The notes under the pieces were generated by a model. It was not told the DNA's origin, ran no database searches, and saw nothing but the letters and a program-made list of their open reading frames with translations. Made by a program: the position numbers and the translations under genes. Positions 18,494-28,304 of a stretch of 32,000 nt of DNA are shown here, one piece after another. The number at the start of each line of letters is the position of its first letter. Within the stretch, counting starts at the first letter, position 1. The stretch covers positions 60,001 through 92,000 of the forward strand of contig NZ_PQWO01000011.1 of NCBI RefSeq assembly GCF_003231495.1. Direction: 5' to 3'. The DNA comes from Acaryochloris thomasi RCC1774. Lineage in GTDB: Bacteria > Cyanobacteriota > Cyanobacteriia > Thermosynechococcales > Thermosynechococcaceae.

Positions 18494-18673
18494 CTAACCC
18501 TTCTGCTGCTTGGTCATTGTGGTACACAGCTCGAAGAGTTTTTCGAGGCACTTAGTGTCGTTTTTGACGCGGCGACCAATATAGATACACTCTCGGGTTT
18601 TGTCGTTGGGATCGTCGGCTTCGCGCAATTTGTCGGGATCGTAGAGATCTACTGTTCTGTATACGACCACCAC
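18494..18673 (-). CDS. possible 59-aa protein (GTG start)
   Basis: Hand translation: (M)VVVYRTVDLYDPDKLREADDPNDKTRECIYIGRRVKNDTKCLEKLFELCTTMTKQQKG. Third codon positions are markedly C-rich, like real genes here. It overlaps the 3' end of the upstream gene by 25 nt. There is no ATG start and I recognise no family. Confidence 0.3.
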   Translation of the reverse strand: MVVVYRTVDLYDPDKLREADDPNDKTRECIYIGRRVKNDTKCLEKLFELCTTMTKQQKG

Positions 18674-19185
18674 TCTTCTTCAAAAGAATACGGCTCTCCA
18701 TCCCAAGTGCCCTCTTCTCGATAAAGCCACCCGGTCTCCTTAAGCAGAGCTGGCACAGAGAAGTCAAGCCTGTCACTTAACATTCGCCCCTCAATCATGG
18801 TCAGGGCTACACCGTTTTGATTTCTGTCATAGAAGTTTGTTCTCTGTTGTTCATTGCGAAAGACCAATAGATCACTCCCAAACATTTCTGGAAAACTCAG
18901 GTTAGCTTCGACTATATGGTCTGAACTTGCCACTGGCTTTGCACGTAGGATGCTTTCTGCTGCTTTGAGCATGGCACCAGCAGCATGCCGCTGTATTGCA
19001 CGACTTGTAGTTGGCGGATTGACCAGACGATCAAGCACTGCAATTCTGCAGTGCCAACATCGCTCAGAACTAACATCTTCTGGGAAATACTCCGCAAAGG
19101 AGTTCGACCACCTGTCCAACGCACGCAAACGCCTTCTGACACCTCTCAGTTTTTCGTACGGTCTAGCGAAACTTCTTTGTCTCAT
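18649..19185 (-). CDS. hypothetical protein, DUF3916-like by pattern
   Basis: The ORF extends to TTG 19224; the first ATG is 19185. EKLRGVRRRLRALDRWSNSFAEYFPED...WHCRIAV...RAKP...FPEMFGSDLLVF resembles my recollection of DUF3916 proteins. This is unverified. Confidence 0.55.
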   Translation of the reverse strand: MRQRSFARPYEKLRGVRRRLRALDRWSNSFAEYFPEDVSSERCWHCRIAVLDRLVNPPTTSRAIQRHAAGAMLKAAESILRAKPVASSDHIVEANLSFPEMFGSDLLVFRNEQQRTNFYDRNQNGVALTMIEGRMLSDRLDFSVPALLKETGWLYREEGTWDGEPYSFEEEWWSYTEQ

Positions 19186-19290
19186 CGTTTGATAACTCTC
19201 CGAAAGTTTTCCCAGAAGTGGCAAGGAGTCTCCAACATCATTTAATGTTCTGGGGTCGAGTATAAATTTTGCTAGAGGGTCTCCCTATTC

Positions 19291-20271
19291 GTGCTTGATG
19301 TGAATCTGCTGCGCTCAACAGCCGCAGTTTTGATCTTCGCTGCTACCCTTGACTACCTCCTTGGTGATCCTTGGGGGTGGCCGCATCCTGTTCAGAGCAT
19401 GGGCTGGATCATTCAACGCTACACCCAAACGGCATTACGTTCCTTTATCCGGCCCTGGCAGCTTAGAGCCGCAGGTATGTGGCTGGGCTTGATTTTAATT
19501 GGGGGTACAGGGTTCTTGAGCTGGTGGTTTCTGGTTTGGGTGCAAACATGGTCTTGGGCCTTGGGGCTGCTCCTTGAAATTGTTCTGTTGGCAAGCTGTT
19601 TTGCTGGCCGAAGCCTACGACATGCCGCAGAAGACGTTCTCGCCCCACTCGCTGACGATGATTTGCTGGAGGCGAGATCGCATCTCAGAAACTACGTTGG
19701 ACGCGACACCGATCAGCTTTCTAGAGAAGATATCCTCAGGGCTGTCTTGGAAACTGTTACTGAGAACGCCACCGACGGCGTCATGGCCCCGCTGTTCTAT
19801 GCAATCCTAGGCAGCTTTATTCCGGGAGTGGGGCCCGTTCCTTTGGCCCTTGCCTACAAGGCAGCTAGCACCCTTGATTCAATGGTGGGCTACCGAGAAG
19901 CGCCCTACACGCACCTCGGATGGTTCAGCGCTCGCCTTGAAGATGGACTCACCTGGATCCCTTGTCGCCTAGCGGTGCTGACGCTGGGCATTCTGTCTGG
20001 AAAGCTGCTCAGGGTTCTGCAGCTATGTCGGCGAGATGCCTCTAAAGATCCCAGCCCCAATGCAGGGTGGAGCGAATGTGCCTATGCCGCCGTTCTAGAC
20101 GTGCGTCTGGGAGGGGCCAATTGGTACCGGGGTGTTCTTAAAAAGAAACCTTTTCTCGGCGATCCGCTTCAACCGATTACGAGTGTTCAAATCAATTTAG
20201 CGCTCCGGTTGATGCGTAACAGTTTTTTGCTATGGCTAAGCCTCGCTCTAATATTGGACTTAATAGTGTAG
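19291..20271 (+). CDS. cbiB: adenosylcobinamide-phosphate synthase CbiB/CobD
   Basis: GTG start. [47 protein letters not shown] and SPNAGW are CbiB motifs, and the protein is a multi-TM type. Confidence 0.9.
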   Translation: MLDVNLLRSTAAVLIFAATLDYLLGDPWGWPHPVQSMGWIIQRYTQTALRSFIRPWQLRAAGMWLGLILIGGTGFLSWWFLVWVQTWSWALGLLLEIVLLASCFAGRSLRHAAEDVLAPLADDDLLEARSHLRNYVGRDTDQLSREDILRAVLETVTENATDGVMAPLFYAILGSFIPGVGPVPLALAYKAASTLDSMVGYREAPYTHLGWFSARLEDGLTWIPCRLAVLTLGILSGKLLRVLQLCRRDASKDPSPNAGWSECAYAAVLDVRLGGANWYRGVLKKKPFLGDPLQPITSVQINLALRLMRNSFLLWLSLALILDLIV

Positions 20272-20291
20272 ACGGGGCGTCCGTGGTCAAT

Positions 20292-20834
20292 ATGTCAGAC
20301 ATTGTTGAAATTCTGAATCCTGACGAGCTAAGACGAACGGTGCGGCGTTTAGCGTCTGAAGTCGTAGAGCGCTCCAGTTCTCTCGATTCTCTGGTGCTGT
20401 TAGGGATTCATACGCGGGGGGTGCCGCTGGCAGATGCGATCGCAACTCAAATCGAGCAGCTAGAGCAGATCCAAGTGCCGGTCGGGAGTCTCGACATTAC
20501 CTTCTATCGGGACGATCTCAATCAGATTGCAGTCCGCACGCCAGCGCGAACGAAACTCCCGACCGATTTATCAGACAAAACAGTCATCCTCATCGATGAC
20601 GTTATCTACAGCGGTCGAACCATTCGAGCAGCCCTCAACGCCCTTAATGATTACGGTCGGCCTCCCCTAGTGCAGCTTCTCGTATTGATTGATCGGGGCC
20701 ACCGAGAACTGCCGATTCACCCAGACTTTGTTGGCAAGGTTTTACCCACTGCCCGTGGAGAGCAAGTAAAGGTTTTTCTGCGAGGGATTGACGAACAGGA
20801 TGGTGTTCAGCTCGTCACTCGTTCTGCGACCTAA
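20292..20834 (+). CDS. pyrR: bifunctional pyrimidine operon regulator/uracil phosphoribosyltransferase PyrR
   Basis: The ORF opens at 20232 inside cbiB; ATG 20292 gives [21 protein letters not shown].... [12 protein letters not shown] and the PRPP loop [18 protein letters not shown] are present. Confidence 0.9.
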   Translation: MSDIVEILNPDELRRTVRRLASEVVERSSSLDSLVLLGIHTRGVPLADAIATQIEQLEQIQVPVGSLDITFYRDDLNQIAVRTPARTKLPTDLSDKTVILIDDVIYSGRTIRAALNALNDYGRPPLVQLLVLIDRGHRELPIHPDFVGKVLPTARGEQVKVFLRGIDEQDGVQLVTRSAT

Positions 20835-21151
20835 ATGCCACTGCTGACCAGAATTTGAAAAAAATTTGCTGAATGTGTTCGATCTCCCCAACCCAATGGG
20901 CACCCTTGGGCTATGCACAGATTAAGGACAGCTCAATAGCTCTCTAGAGGTCTTCCTCCAAAGAGCCATTGTGTCAGAAATATCTCTGTGTTCCCCAAAT
21001 AACGAGATCTCCCCTGGCCTTACCGCCGGGGGTTTCTATTACTCTAACTGCCTTGCACCGGCATCATCCTGGGTACTTCTACGGATTCTGAACAAGAATT
21101 AAGCCCATCGTGACTCACAATGGAGAGTGACCTATTGTTGCGATCGCATCT

Positions 21152-22003
21152 ATGAGCCAGCCGTCAGCCTCATCTCGCCCCGCAGGTGAAGCCATACCCC
21201 ATACATTTGATGCGACCGACTTCGTCAAAGTGAGAGGCACCACTGACGGTCAACAGGTCTTTCTCGTTTGGCAGGGCGAGATTTACGGCATGCTGCCCGC
21301 AGAGCGAAAGCGCCATCTCTTTAGCATCGTTGGTATGAGCGTGGCCCGCTGCCTGCCCCACGCTGAGAAGGGCTGGGATTTCATCTCCCGAGAACTCACC
21401 TTTTACCTCGATCCGACCACACAAGAAATCTTGCATCAATGGCATAACCCCTGGACCCAAGAACCGGTGACCGTGATGCACGTTGCTAATAACCCTGTCC
21501 AGGGCCACTTTTCTGGGCAGTTCCCCGCTAAAATTACCGGAGATCAAACCACCTTCCAATTTGACCTGTTCCCCCAATACCCCAATCCTCTAGCAGAGGA
21601 TCCAGCGCTAGCCCCCTATAGTCCCCAGTCGATTTATCAAGCCGCAGAACTCTTCAAGCTTGTCGTCCCGACCGCAGACTTGCTGGGACCCGAACAATCC
21701 ACGGTCTCACACCTGACCCTCGCTTGGGATCGCATTGGCCCCTGGCTGCCTTGGATGAATATGGGCAAACACCCCGGTCAGATGATCTACAGCGCCACCG
21801 GACAGAAGGTAAACGGTTTCACCGATCTACCCAAGCTGCTGCAAGAGCAAATCAACCAGCGAGTTCCTGTTTATCGGAATGCACCAGCCACCAAAATGCA
21901 GCAGACCGACATGACCTCCTGGTCCTACTTCAAGCAGCACTTCCAGAATTACCTAGCCGGAGATACTTTCCCTATCAAGCAAGTTGATGAGGGCAAAGAC
22001 TGA
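21152..22003 (+). CDS. conserved hypothetical protein, DUF1838-like
   Basis: 283 aa. W.GEIYG..P....HLF...GM...R and RELTFYLDPTTQEIL..W.NPWT.EPV.V.HVANNPV fit my recollection of DUF1838. This is unverified. Confidence 0.5.
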   Translation: MSQPSASSRPAGEAIPHTFDATDFVKVRGTTDGQQVFLVWQGEIYGMLPAERKRHLFSIVGMSVARCLPHAEKGWDFISRELTFYLDPTTQEILHQWHNPWTQEPVTVMHVANNPVQGHFSGQFPAKITGDQTTFQFDLFPQYPNPLAEDPALAPYSPQSIYQAAELFKLVVPTADLLGPEQSTVSHLTLAWDRIGPWLPWMNMGKHPGQMIYSATGQKVNGFTDLPKLLQEQINQRVPVYRNAPATKMQQTDMTSWSYFKQHFQNYLAGDTFPIKQVDEGKD

Positions 22004-22030
22004 AGATTTTGATTGCGAGAGACAATGCGT

Positions 22031-22047
22031 AAAAGCCTGATTGGCTT
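22031..22047 (+). terminator. weak hairpin after the DUF1838-like gene
   Basis: AAAGCC (22031-22036) pairs with GGCTTT (22042-22047) around a 5-nt loop. The T-tract is poor. Confidence 0.3.
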
Positions 22048-22129
22048 TACTTCACAGCACCTTACCTGACGCGAGTTCGGGAACCCGTACAGCCCTAGCC
22101 ATTGAATTGAACCAATCAACTCAGATAAA

Positions 22130-22156
22130 TTAGCACTCGGGAGTTGAGAGTGCTAA
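22130..22156 (+). promoter_or_regulatory. CIRCE operator (HrcA binding site) of the groESL operon
   Basis: TTAGCACTC-GGGAGTTGA-GAGTGCTAA is a perfect match to the consensus TTAGCACTC-N9-GAGTGCTAA, 34 nt upstream of the groES ATG. Putative -35 TTGAAT/TTGAAC and -10 GATAAAT lie just upstream. Confidence 0.92.
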
Positions 22157-22189
22157 ATTCCTAAACCTAGTAATTTTGGAGAATTCTTT

Positions 22190-22501
22190 ATGGCAGCCAT
22201 ATCATTAAGCGTTTCTACAGTGAAGCCCTTGGGTGATCGCGTTTTTGTCAAGGTCAGTGCATCTGAAGAAAAAACGGTTGGTGGTATTTTGTTGCCCGAT
22301 GCGGCACAAGAGAAGCCCCAAGTTGGCGAAATTTCTGCAGTTGGCCCCGGTAAGCGCAACGATGACGGTTCTCGTCAGGCGCTAGACATCAGCGTTGGCG
22401 ACAAGGTGCTTTATTCCAAGTACGCAGGTACTGACATCAAGCTAGGCGGCGAAGAGTACGTCCTGCTTTCTGAGAAAGATATCCTCGCAATTGTCAATTA
22501 A
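22190..22501 (+). CDS. groES: co-chaperonin GroES
   Basis: [12 protein letters not shown]...[12 protein letters not shown]...GPGKRNDDG...[14 protein letters not shown]...[12 protein letters not shown]. Confidence 0.97.
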   Translation: MAAISLSVSTVKPLGDRVFVKVSASEEKTVGGILLPDAAQEKPQVGEISAVGPGKRNDDGSRQALDISVGDKVLYSKYAGTDIKLGGEEYVLLSEKDILAIVN

Positions 22502-22519
22502 GCTGACCCCCAATCTCTG

Positions 22520-22547
22520 CCGGAGCGTCTGACGTTCCGGGCTTTTT
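22520..22547 (+). terminator. intercistronic stem-loop with a U-tract between groES and groEL (possible partial terminator or processing site)
   Basis: CCGGAGCG (22520-22527) pairs with CGTTCCGG (22533-22540), 8 bp including one G-U, around a 5-nt loop, followed by GCTTTTTATT. Confidence 0.5.
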
Positions 22548-22578
22548 ATTGATTTATCCACCGCATATTGAGGTTTGA

Positions 22579-24216
<1,638 letters not shown>

Positions 24217-24234
24217 GGTCTAAACCAGGCAAAG

Positions 24235-24265
24235 AAAAGGGCGGTCATTTGACTGCCCTTTTTTA
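24235..24265 (+). terminator. rho-independent terminator of groESL
   Basis: GGGCGGTC (24239-24246) pairs with GACTGCCC (24251-24258), including one G-U, followed by TTTTTT. An A-tract upstream makes it potentially bidirectional. Confidence 0.8.
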
Positions 24266-24414
24266 TTGGAAATCTATCCACTTTGGCTTGGTAGAGATTT
24301 TAATCGGGAATTATAGGTAGAAGAACCTCACAACTGGAGATATTCTGCCTGTCGCCTGCTTCAGTTTGTGGATGCTTGGGCTGTGGTACAGGTGAAGAAG
24401 AATATCAAATTAAC

Positions 24415-25665
24415 ATGCCAGAGATTCTGAGTAAAAAGCAAAAGTCTCACGCACATCAAAAGAAGAGGTTTGTTAAGCCAGAGATTGACTTCTATCTCTT
24501 CGAAGATTGGGGGCACTGGATCTTTTTTGCCTTTAGCCTGATTTTATCTACCATTTTAATTTTCTCCCCATTGAATCTTTGGGGAATAGTTTTACTATTC
24601 TTGCTAAGCTTTTCCTCTGTTAATTTACTAGCGATTTTGATGCATGAATTAGGTCATGCTGTTGCAGCTGTAGCTCTTGGATTGAAGGTTTGGAGAGTTT
24701 CTCTGGGAGATGGACAGATCCTCTTTGATAAAAGGATTTTTGGTGTTCAATGGATCATTAGAGAAACACCCAGAACTGGATTTGTGGAGGCAAGAATTCC
24801 TGATTGTTTATTTCTAAAGATTCGAATAGTTGTATTCGCTTTTGGTGGCTGCTTAGGAAATATATTACTCTGGTTTTTGACCTTGATTGGTTACCAAAAT
24901 CTGCCAAATTTTCTGTTTGTCTTTTTGGTATCAATATTTATGACGTTGGATATGCTAGGAGCGAATCTATTGCCAAGCAGAGGTTCCGTGAACGGAATGA
25001 TAGTAGAAAATGATGGCTTGCAGATTATTCAGACAATATTTAAAAATAAATCTGAATTAATTGCAGAAAAAATTTCTAGTCAAATTAGATATGCTTCTGA
25101 AAATGCTCAGTACAGATTTAAACAGATTGAAATAGATTTCAAGAAGAGTAACGAGCTGCAAGAATTTATCCATATAACACTCTTGTGGGATTTAATCTTT
25201 GAAGAGATAGACTTTCATAAATGCTTGAATTATTGTCAGATGATTTTGAATGAAACGGATATCTCTATTGATCAGCGTAATGAGGCTCTTGATACTTTCG
25301 TAACGATTGTTTTGCTGCAAGAAGCTACAGAGTACTTAGAACAAGCTGATCATTATTCTAAAGAGTCTTTGAATAATTTGCCTCATGAATGGACAATCAA
25401 AGGCTCTCGAGGAGCAGTATTAGTAGAGAGAGGGCAGATTCAGTCAGGGATAGAGTTGTTGGCCGAAGTTATGGAGCATGAGAAAAATCCTTATGCTCGT
25501 GTCATCTCAGCTTCGTACCTTGCCTTGGCCCAGAGCTATCAAGGCTGTTTTCAAGAAGCAAGGGAGTGGCTTGCTGTCGGTCGAGAGATTGATCCCCACT
25601 GCAGATTGTTCAATCGTGCAGAGAAGCTGCTTCTCAACGAGGAAAACCTTTTCTCAGAGGGGTAA
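24415..25665 (+). CDS. M50/site-2-protease-like membrane metalloprotease with a C-terminal TPR-like helical domain (AT-rich orphan)
   Basis: The ORF opens at TTG 24376; the first ATG is 24415. HELGH sits inside a TM helix (LLAILMHELGHAVAAVA). There are several TM helices and a second motif NLLPSRG...NDG resembling the S2P NxxPxxxxDG. The C-terminal ~200 aa are helical-repeat-like. Local G+C is very low (12/60 in the line at 25021, 17/60 at 24541). Confidence 0.65.
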   Translation: MPEILSKKQKSHAHQKKRFVKPEIDFYLFEDWGHWIFFAFSLILSTILIFSPLNLWGIVLLFLLSFSSVNLLAILMHELGHAVAAVALGLKVWRVSLGDGQILFDKRIFGVQWIIRETPRTGFVEARIPDCLFLKIRIVVFAFGGCLGNILLWFLTLIGYQNLPNFLFVFLVSIFMTLDMLGANLLPSRGSVNGMIVENDGLQIIQTIFKNKSELIAEKISSQIRYASENAQYRFKQIEIDFKKSNELQEFIHITLLWDLIFEEIDFHKCLNYCQMILNETDISIDQRNEALDTFVTIVLLQEATEYLEQADHYSKESLNNLPHEWTIKGSRGAVLVERGQIQSGIELLAEVMEHEKNPYARVISASYLALAQSYQGCFQEAREWLAVGREIDPHCRLFNRAEKLLLNEENLFSEG

Positions 25666-25667
25666 GC

Positions 25668-26603
25668 CTAAGCCGCAGGGAGGCAAGCGGCAATTGTTGA
25701 CACAACAGATTGTCCTAGTGCTTCTAAGTAATACCCACCCTCTAAGCCAAATAAAATTCGGTGGGTAAGCTGCAAACATTCAGATGTCAGAATGCCATAA
25801 TTTTGGGGCCGAAGATTAATGTTTGCCAACGGATCATCTTGATTGGCATCGTATCCAGCACTCACAATCAGCAAGTCAGGCGAAAACTGAGTCAAAAAAG
25901 GCATCACTTGCTTTTTGAACTGCGGCAGATAGTCATCAATTGTGCTTCCGGCTGACATCGGTAGATTCAAGACGTTTTGATGTTGTCCTTGTTCATGAGC
26001 AAAGCCTGTACCGGGATAGCAAGGCGATTGGTGAAGCGAGCAGTAAATGATCTGAGGATTTGTCTCGACTAAAGCTTGAGTTCCGTTGCCGTGGTGGACA
26101 TCCCAGTCGAGGATGGCGACTCGTTCGATGTTGGGTTGTTCTAGTGCGTAGTGTGCTGCAATGGCAGCATTGGAGAATAGACAGAAGCCCATGGCTTGCG
26201 ATCGCAACGCATGATGCCCCGGTGGTCGAGCCAAAACAAAAGCAGGACTGTTAAGCTCTAGCACTTGATCAACCCCATCCAACCAAGCATTCACCGCCAG
26301 CAGAGCCACATCATAGCTCTCAGCAGAGACCACCGTATCTGCATCCCAATGCCCACCCCCGTGCTGTGCTAGCTGCTCAATCCCCTGAACATACTGCCGA
26401 TCATGAAGTTTATGGATCCAGGGCAGTGGATCCCTTTTATCTATCCCTGTGGGCGCAATCCATCTCAACCGCTCAGCGTCGCTTGAGGCCAGCAGCGCAT
26501 CACAAACTGCCGTTAATCGTTCCGGACACTCAGGATGTCCCAGCCCTGTAAGATGCTTCAAGAACATTTCCGAATAGATAATTGGCAACATGACTGCACT
26601 CAT
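25668..26603 (-). CDS. histone deacetylase-family (HDAC/AcuC/acetylpolyamine amidohydrolase-like) protein
   Basis: ARPPGHHA...GFCLFSNAAIAA, DWDVHHGNGTQ, SAGYDA and EGGY motifs. The ORF extends to TTG 26687; the plausible ATG starts are 26603 or 26591. Confidence 0.9.
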   Translation of the reverse strand: MSAVMLPIIYSEMFLKHLTGLGHPECPERLTAVCDALLASSDAERLRWIAPTGIDKRDPLPWIHKLHDRQYVQGIEQLAQHGGGHWDADTVVSAESYDVALLAVNAWLDGVDQVLELNSPAFVLARPPGHHALRSQAMGFCLFSNAAIAAHYALEQPNIERVAILDWDVHHGNGTQALVETNPQIIYCSLHQSPCYPGTGFAHEQGQHQNVLNLPMSAGSTIDDYLPQFKKQVMPFLTQFSPDLLIVSAGYDANQDDPLANINLRPQNYGILTSECLQLTHRILFGLEGGYYLEALGQSVVSTIAACLPAA

Positions 26604-26763
26604 TGTTTTCTGTGCTTTTCGAGAGTGAACCTGACTCTTAAGGACTCCTGCACCTTCAGAAGCTAGACCTATTTGAATCTTAAACAACCGTATCAGCCGC
26701 CCTATCAGAGGAAGTTACTCATGTAAAATGTCACCCATACTACCGTTGTACCCCTTAAGCTAA

Positions 26764-27129
<366 letters not shown>

Positions 27130-27150
27130 AGCTATGCTCGTAGAACCTAT

Positions 27151-27621
27151 TTAGTCCGACCACGCCGAGTAAGGCATTCTAGCCAAGCTGGAGTTGTAGT
27201 AGCGGGCATCATGGGAGACCTCTTCTCCCAGCCATGCGGGTTTTACAATCTCTTGCGTTGAAGAGAGTAGCTCTACCTCTGCTACCACCAGGCCTTGATT
27301 CAGGCCAGAAAAATCGTCAACCTCCCACACCAGATCACCCAGCGGTATCTTGTAGCGAGTCTTTTCTACCACCAAAGGTGCACACCACTGCTGCAGCATC
27401 TGACGGGCATCAGCAACCGGAATGGGGTACTCGAACTCTGTACGAGTCAAATCAACCACCTTGCCCTTTAGCGTTAGGTAGGCCAAATCCCCCGCAACCC
27501 GGACCCGTACCGTCGCTTTTGGCGTCGCTGCAACATATCCTTGAATATAGACTGTCCCCTCGCAACCCAAGCGCCAGTCATCATTGGTAACTAGGAACTT
27601 TCGCTCAATCTCTAGCGCCAT
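27151..27621 (-). CDS. CYTH-domain protein (triphosphate tunnel metalloenzyme, CyaB/inorganic triphosphatase-like)
   Basis: N-terminal EIERKFLV (ExExK), then RVRV, LKGK, TRTEFEYPI, KTRY, WEVDDF and VVAEVEL. Confidence 0.85.
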   Translation of the reverse strand: MALEIERKFLVTNDDWRLGCEGTVYIQGYVAATPKATVRVRVAGDLAYLTLKGKVVDLTRTEFEYPIPVADARQMLQQWCAPLVVEKTRYKIPLGDLVWEVDDFSGLNQGLVVAEVELLSSTQEIVKPAWLGEEVSHDARYYNSSLARMPYSAWSD

Positions 27622-27633
27622 ATCGCGGCTTAC

Positions 27634-28023
27634 CTAGCCAGGACTCTTTGCTTTCAACAATTGTTTTACGGTCTCAATCAGCTCACTGGGATTGAATGGC
27701 TTAATAACGTAAGCATCACCGCCCTGTCTCATACCCCAATGGCGATCAAACTCTTCACCCTTCGTCGAACACATGATGACAGGAATGCCCGCTGACTTCA
27801 GCTCATCCTTAATCCAACGGCAAAGCTCATAGCCATTCATCTTGGGCATCACAATGTCGGTAATCAGTAGATCGGGATAGCTGCTCTGGGGCATTTCCGT
27901 CAACATCGTTTTGGCCTCTTGACCATCCACTGCTTCTACAACGTCAAATTGGTAGTGCTTGAGCAAGTCAGTTATCATGACGCGCATCGTCGGGCTGTCA
28001 TCGACCACCATGATTTTTGCCAT
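27634..28023 (-). CDS. single-domain response regulator (CheY-like receiver)
   Basis: IMVVDDS, DLLITDIVMPKMNG (phospho-acceptor Asp), CSTKG and YVIKPF. The stop lies 12 nt before the CYTH start. Confidence 0.9.
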   Translation of the reverse strand: MAKIMVVDDSPTMRVMITDLLKHYQFDVVEAVDGQEAKTMLTEMPQSSYPDLLITDIVMPKMNGYELCRWIKDELKSAGIPVIMCSTKGEEFDRHWGMRQGGDAYVIKPFNPSELIETVKQLLKAKSPG

Positions 28024-28304
28024 TTTACGTTTCCTTTCTCAAGTCCCACAGCTCTTTAATAAGGATGCCCTAACACGTCAGGCAAATGTACTTCGGATGC
28101 GGTATGTCACAGGGTTGTATGCTTTAGCCTGTTACCCGCCACAGCCGTGCTCTATTTACTGTAGCAATTGCAGAGAAATTTTTACCCTTACAACAACAAA
28201 TTGAGTCGTTACACCTTATCCAAGGATAAACCAAGATAATCCCTAATCAATCCGAATAAACACGGAGGTCTAGAGCCACTACAGCCCCTGCAAAATTACT
28301 CTGG

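Noticed and set aside
18233-19245. Plus-strand ORFs 18233..18724 (163 aa), 18854..19192 (112 aa) and 18985..19245 (86 aa), and minus-strand ORFs 18552..18776 and 18912..19142
   Set aside because: All overlap the minus-strand cassette genes in other frames or in antisense. Their compositions are junk-like and they carry no motifs.
20835-21151. 317-nt spacer after pyrR with small hairpins (GCTCT...AGAGC around CTAGAGGTCTTCC, and CCCCTGGC...GCCGGGG followed by GTTTCT), considered as a PyrR-binding or attenuator element
   Set aside because: The resemblance to the Bacillus PyrR binding loop (UCCAGAGAGG) is loose. The element lies downstream of pyrR, with a DUF1838-like gene rather than a pyr gene after it. 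The stems are short.
26730-26743. NtcA-like site GTC-N8-TAC upstream of the PII gene
   Set aside because: It has one mismatch to GTA-N8-TAC. The nearest -10-like hexamers (TAAGCT at 26756, TAAGAT at 26761) are only 12 and 17 nt downstream, not the ~22 nt expected for NtcA-activated promoters. That is not enough to call it.
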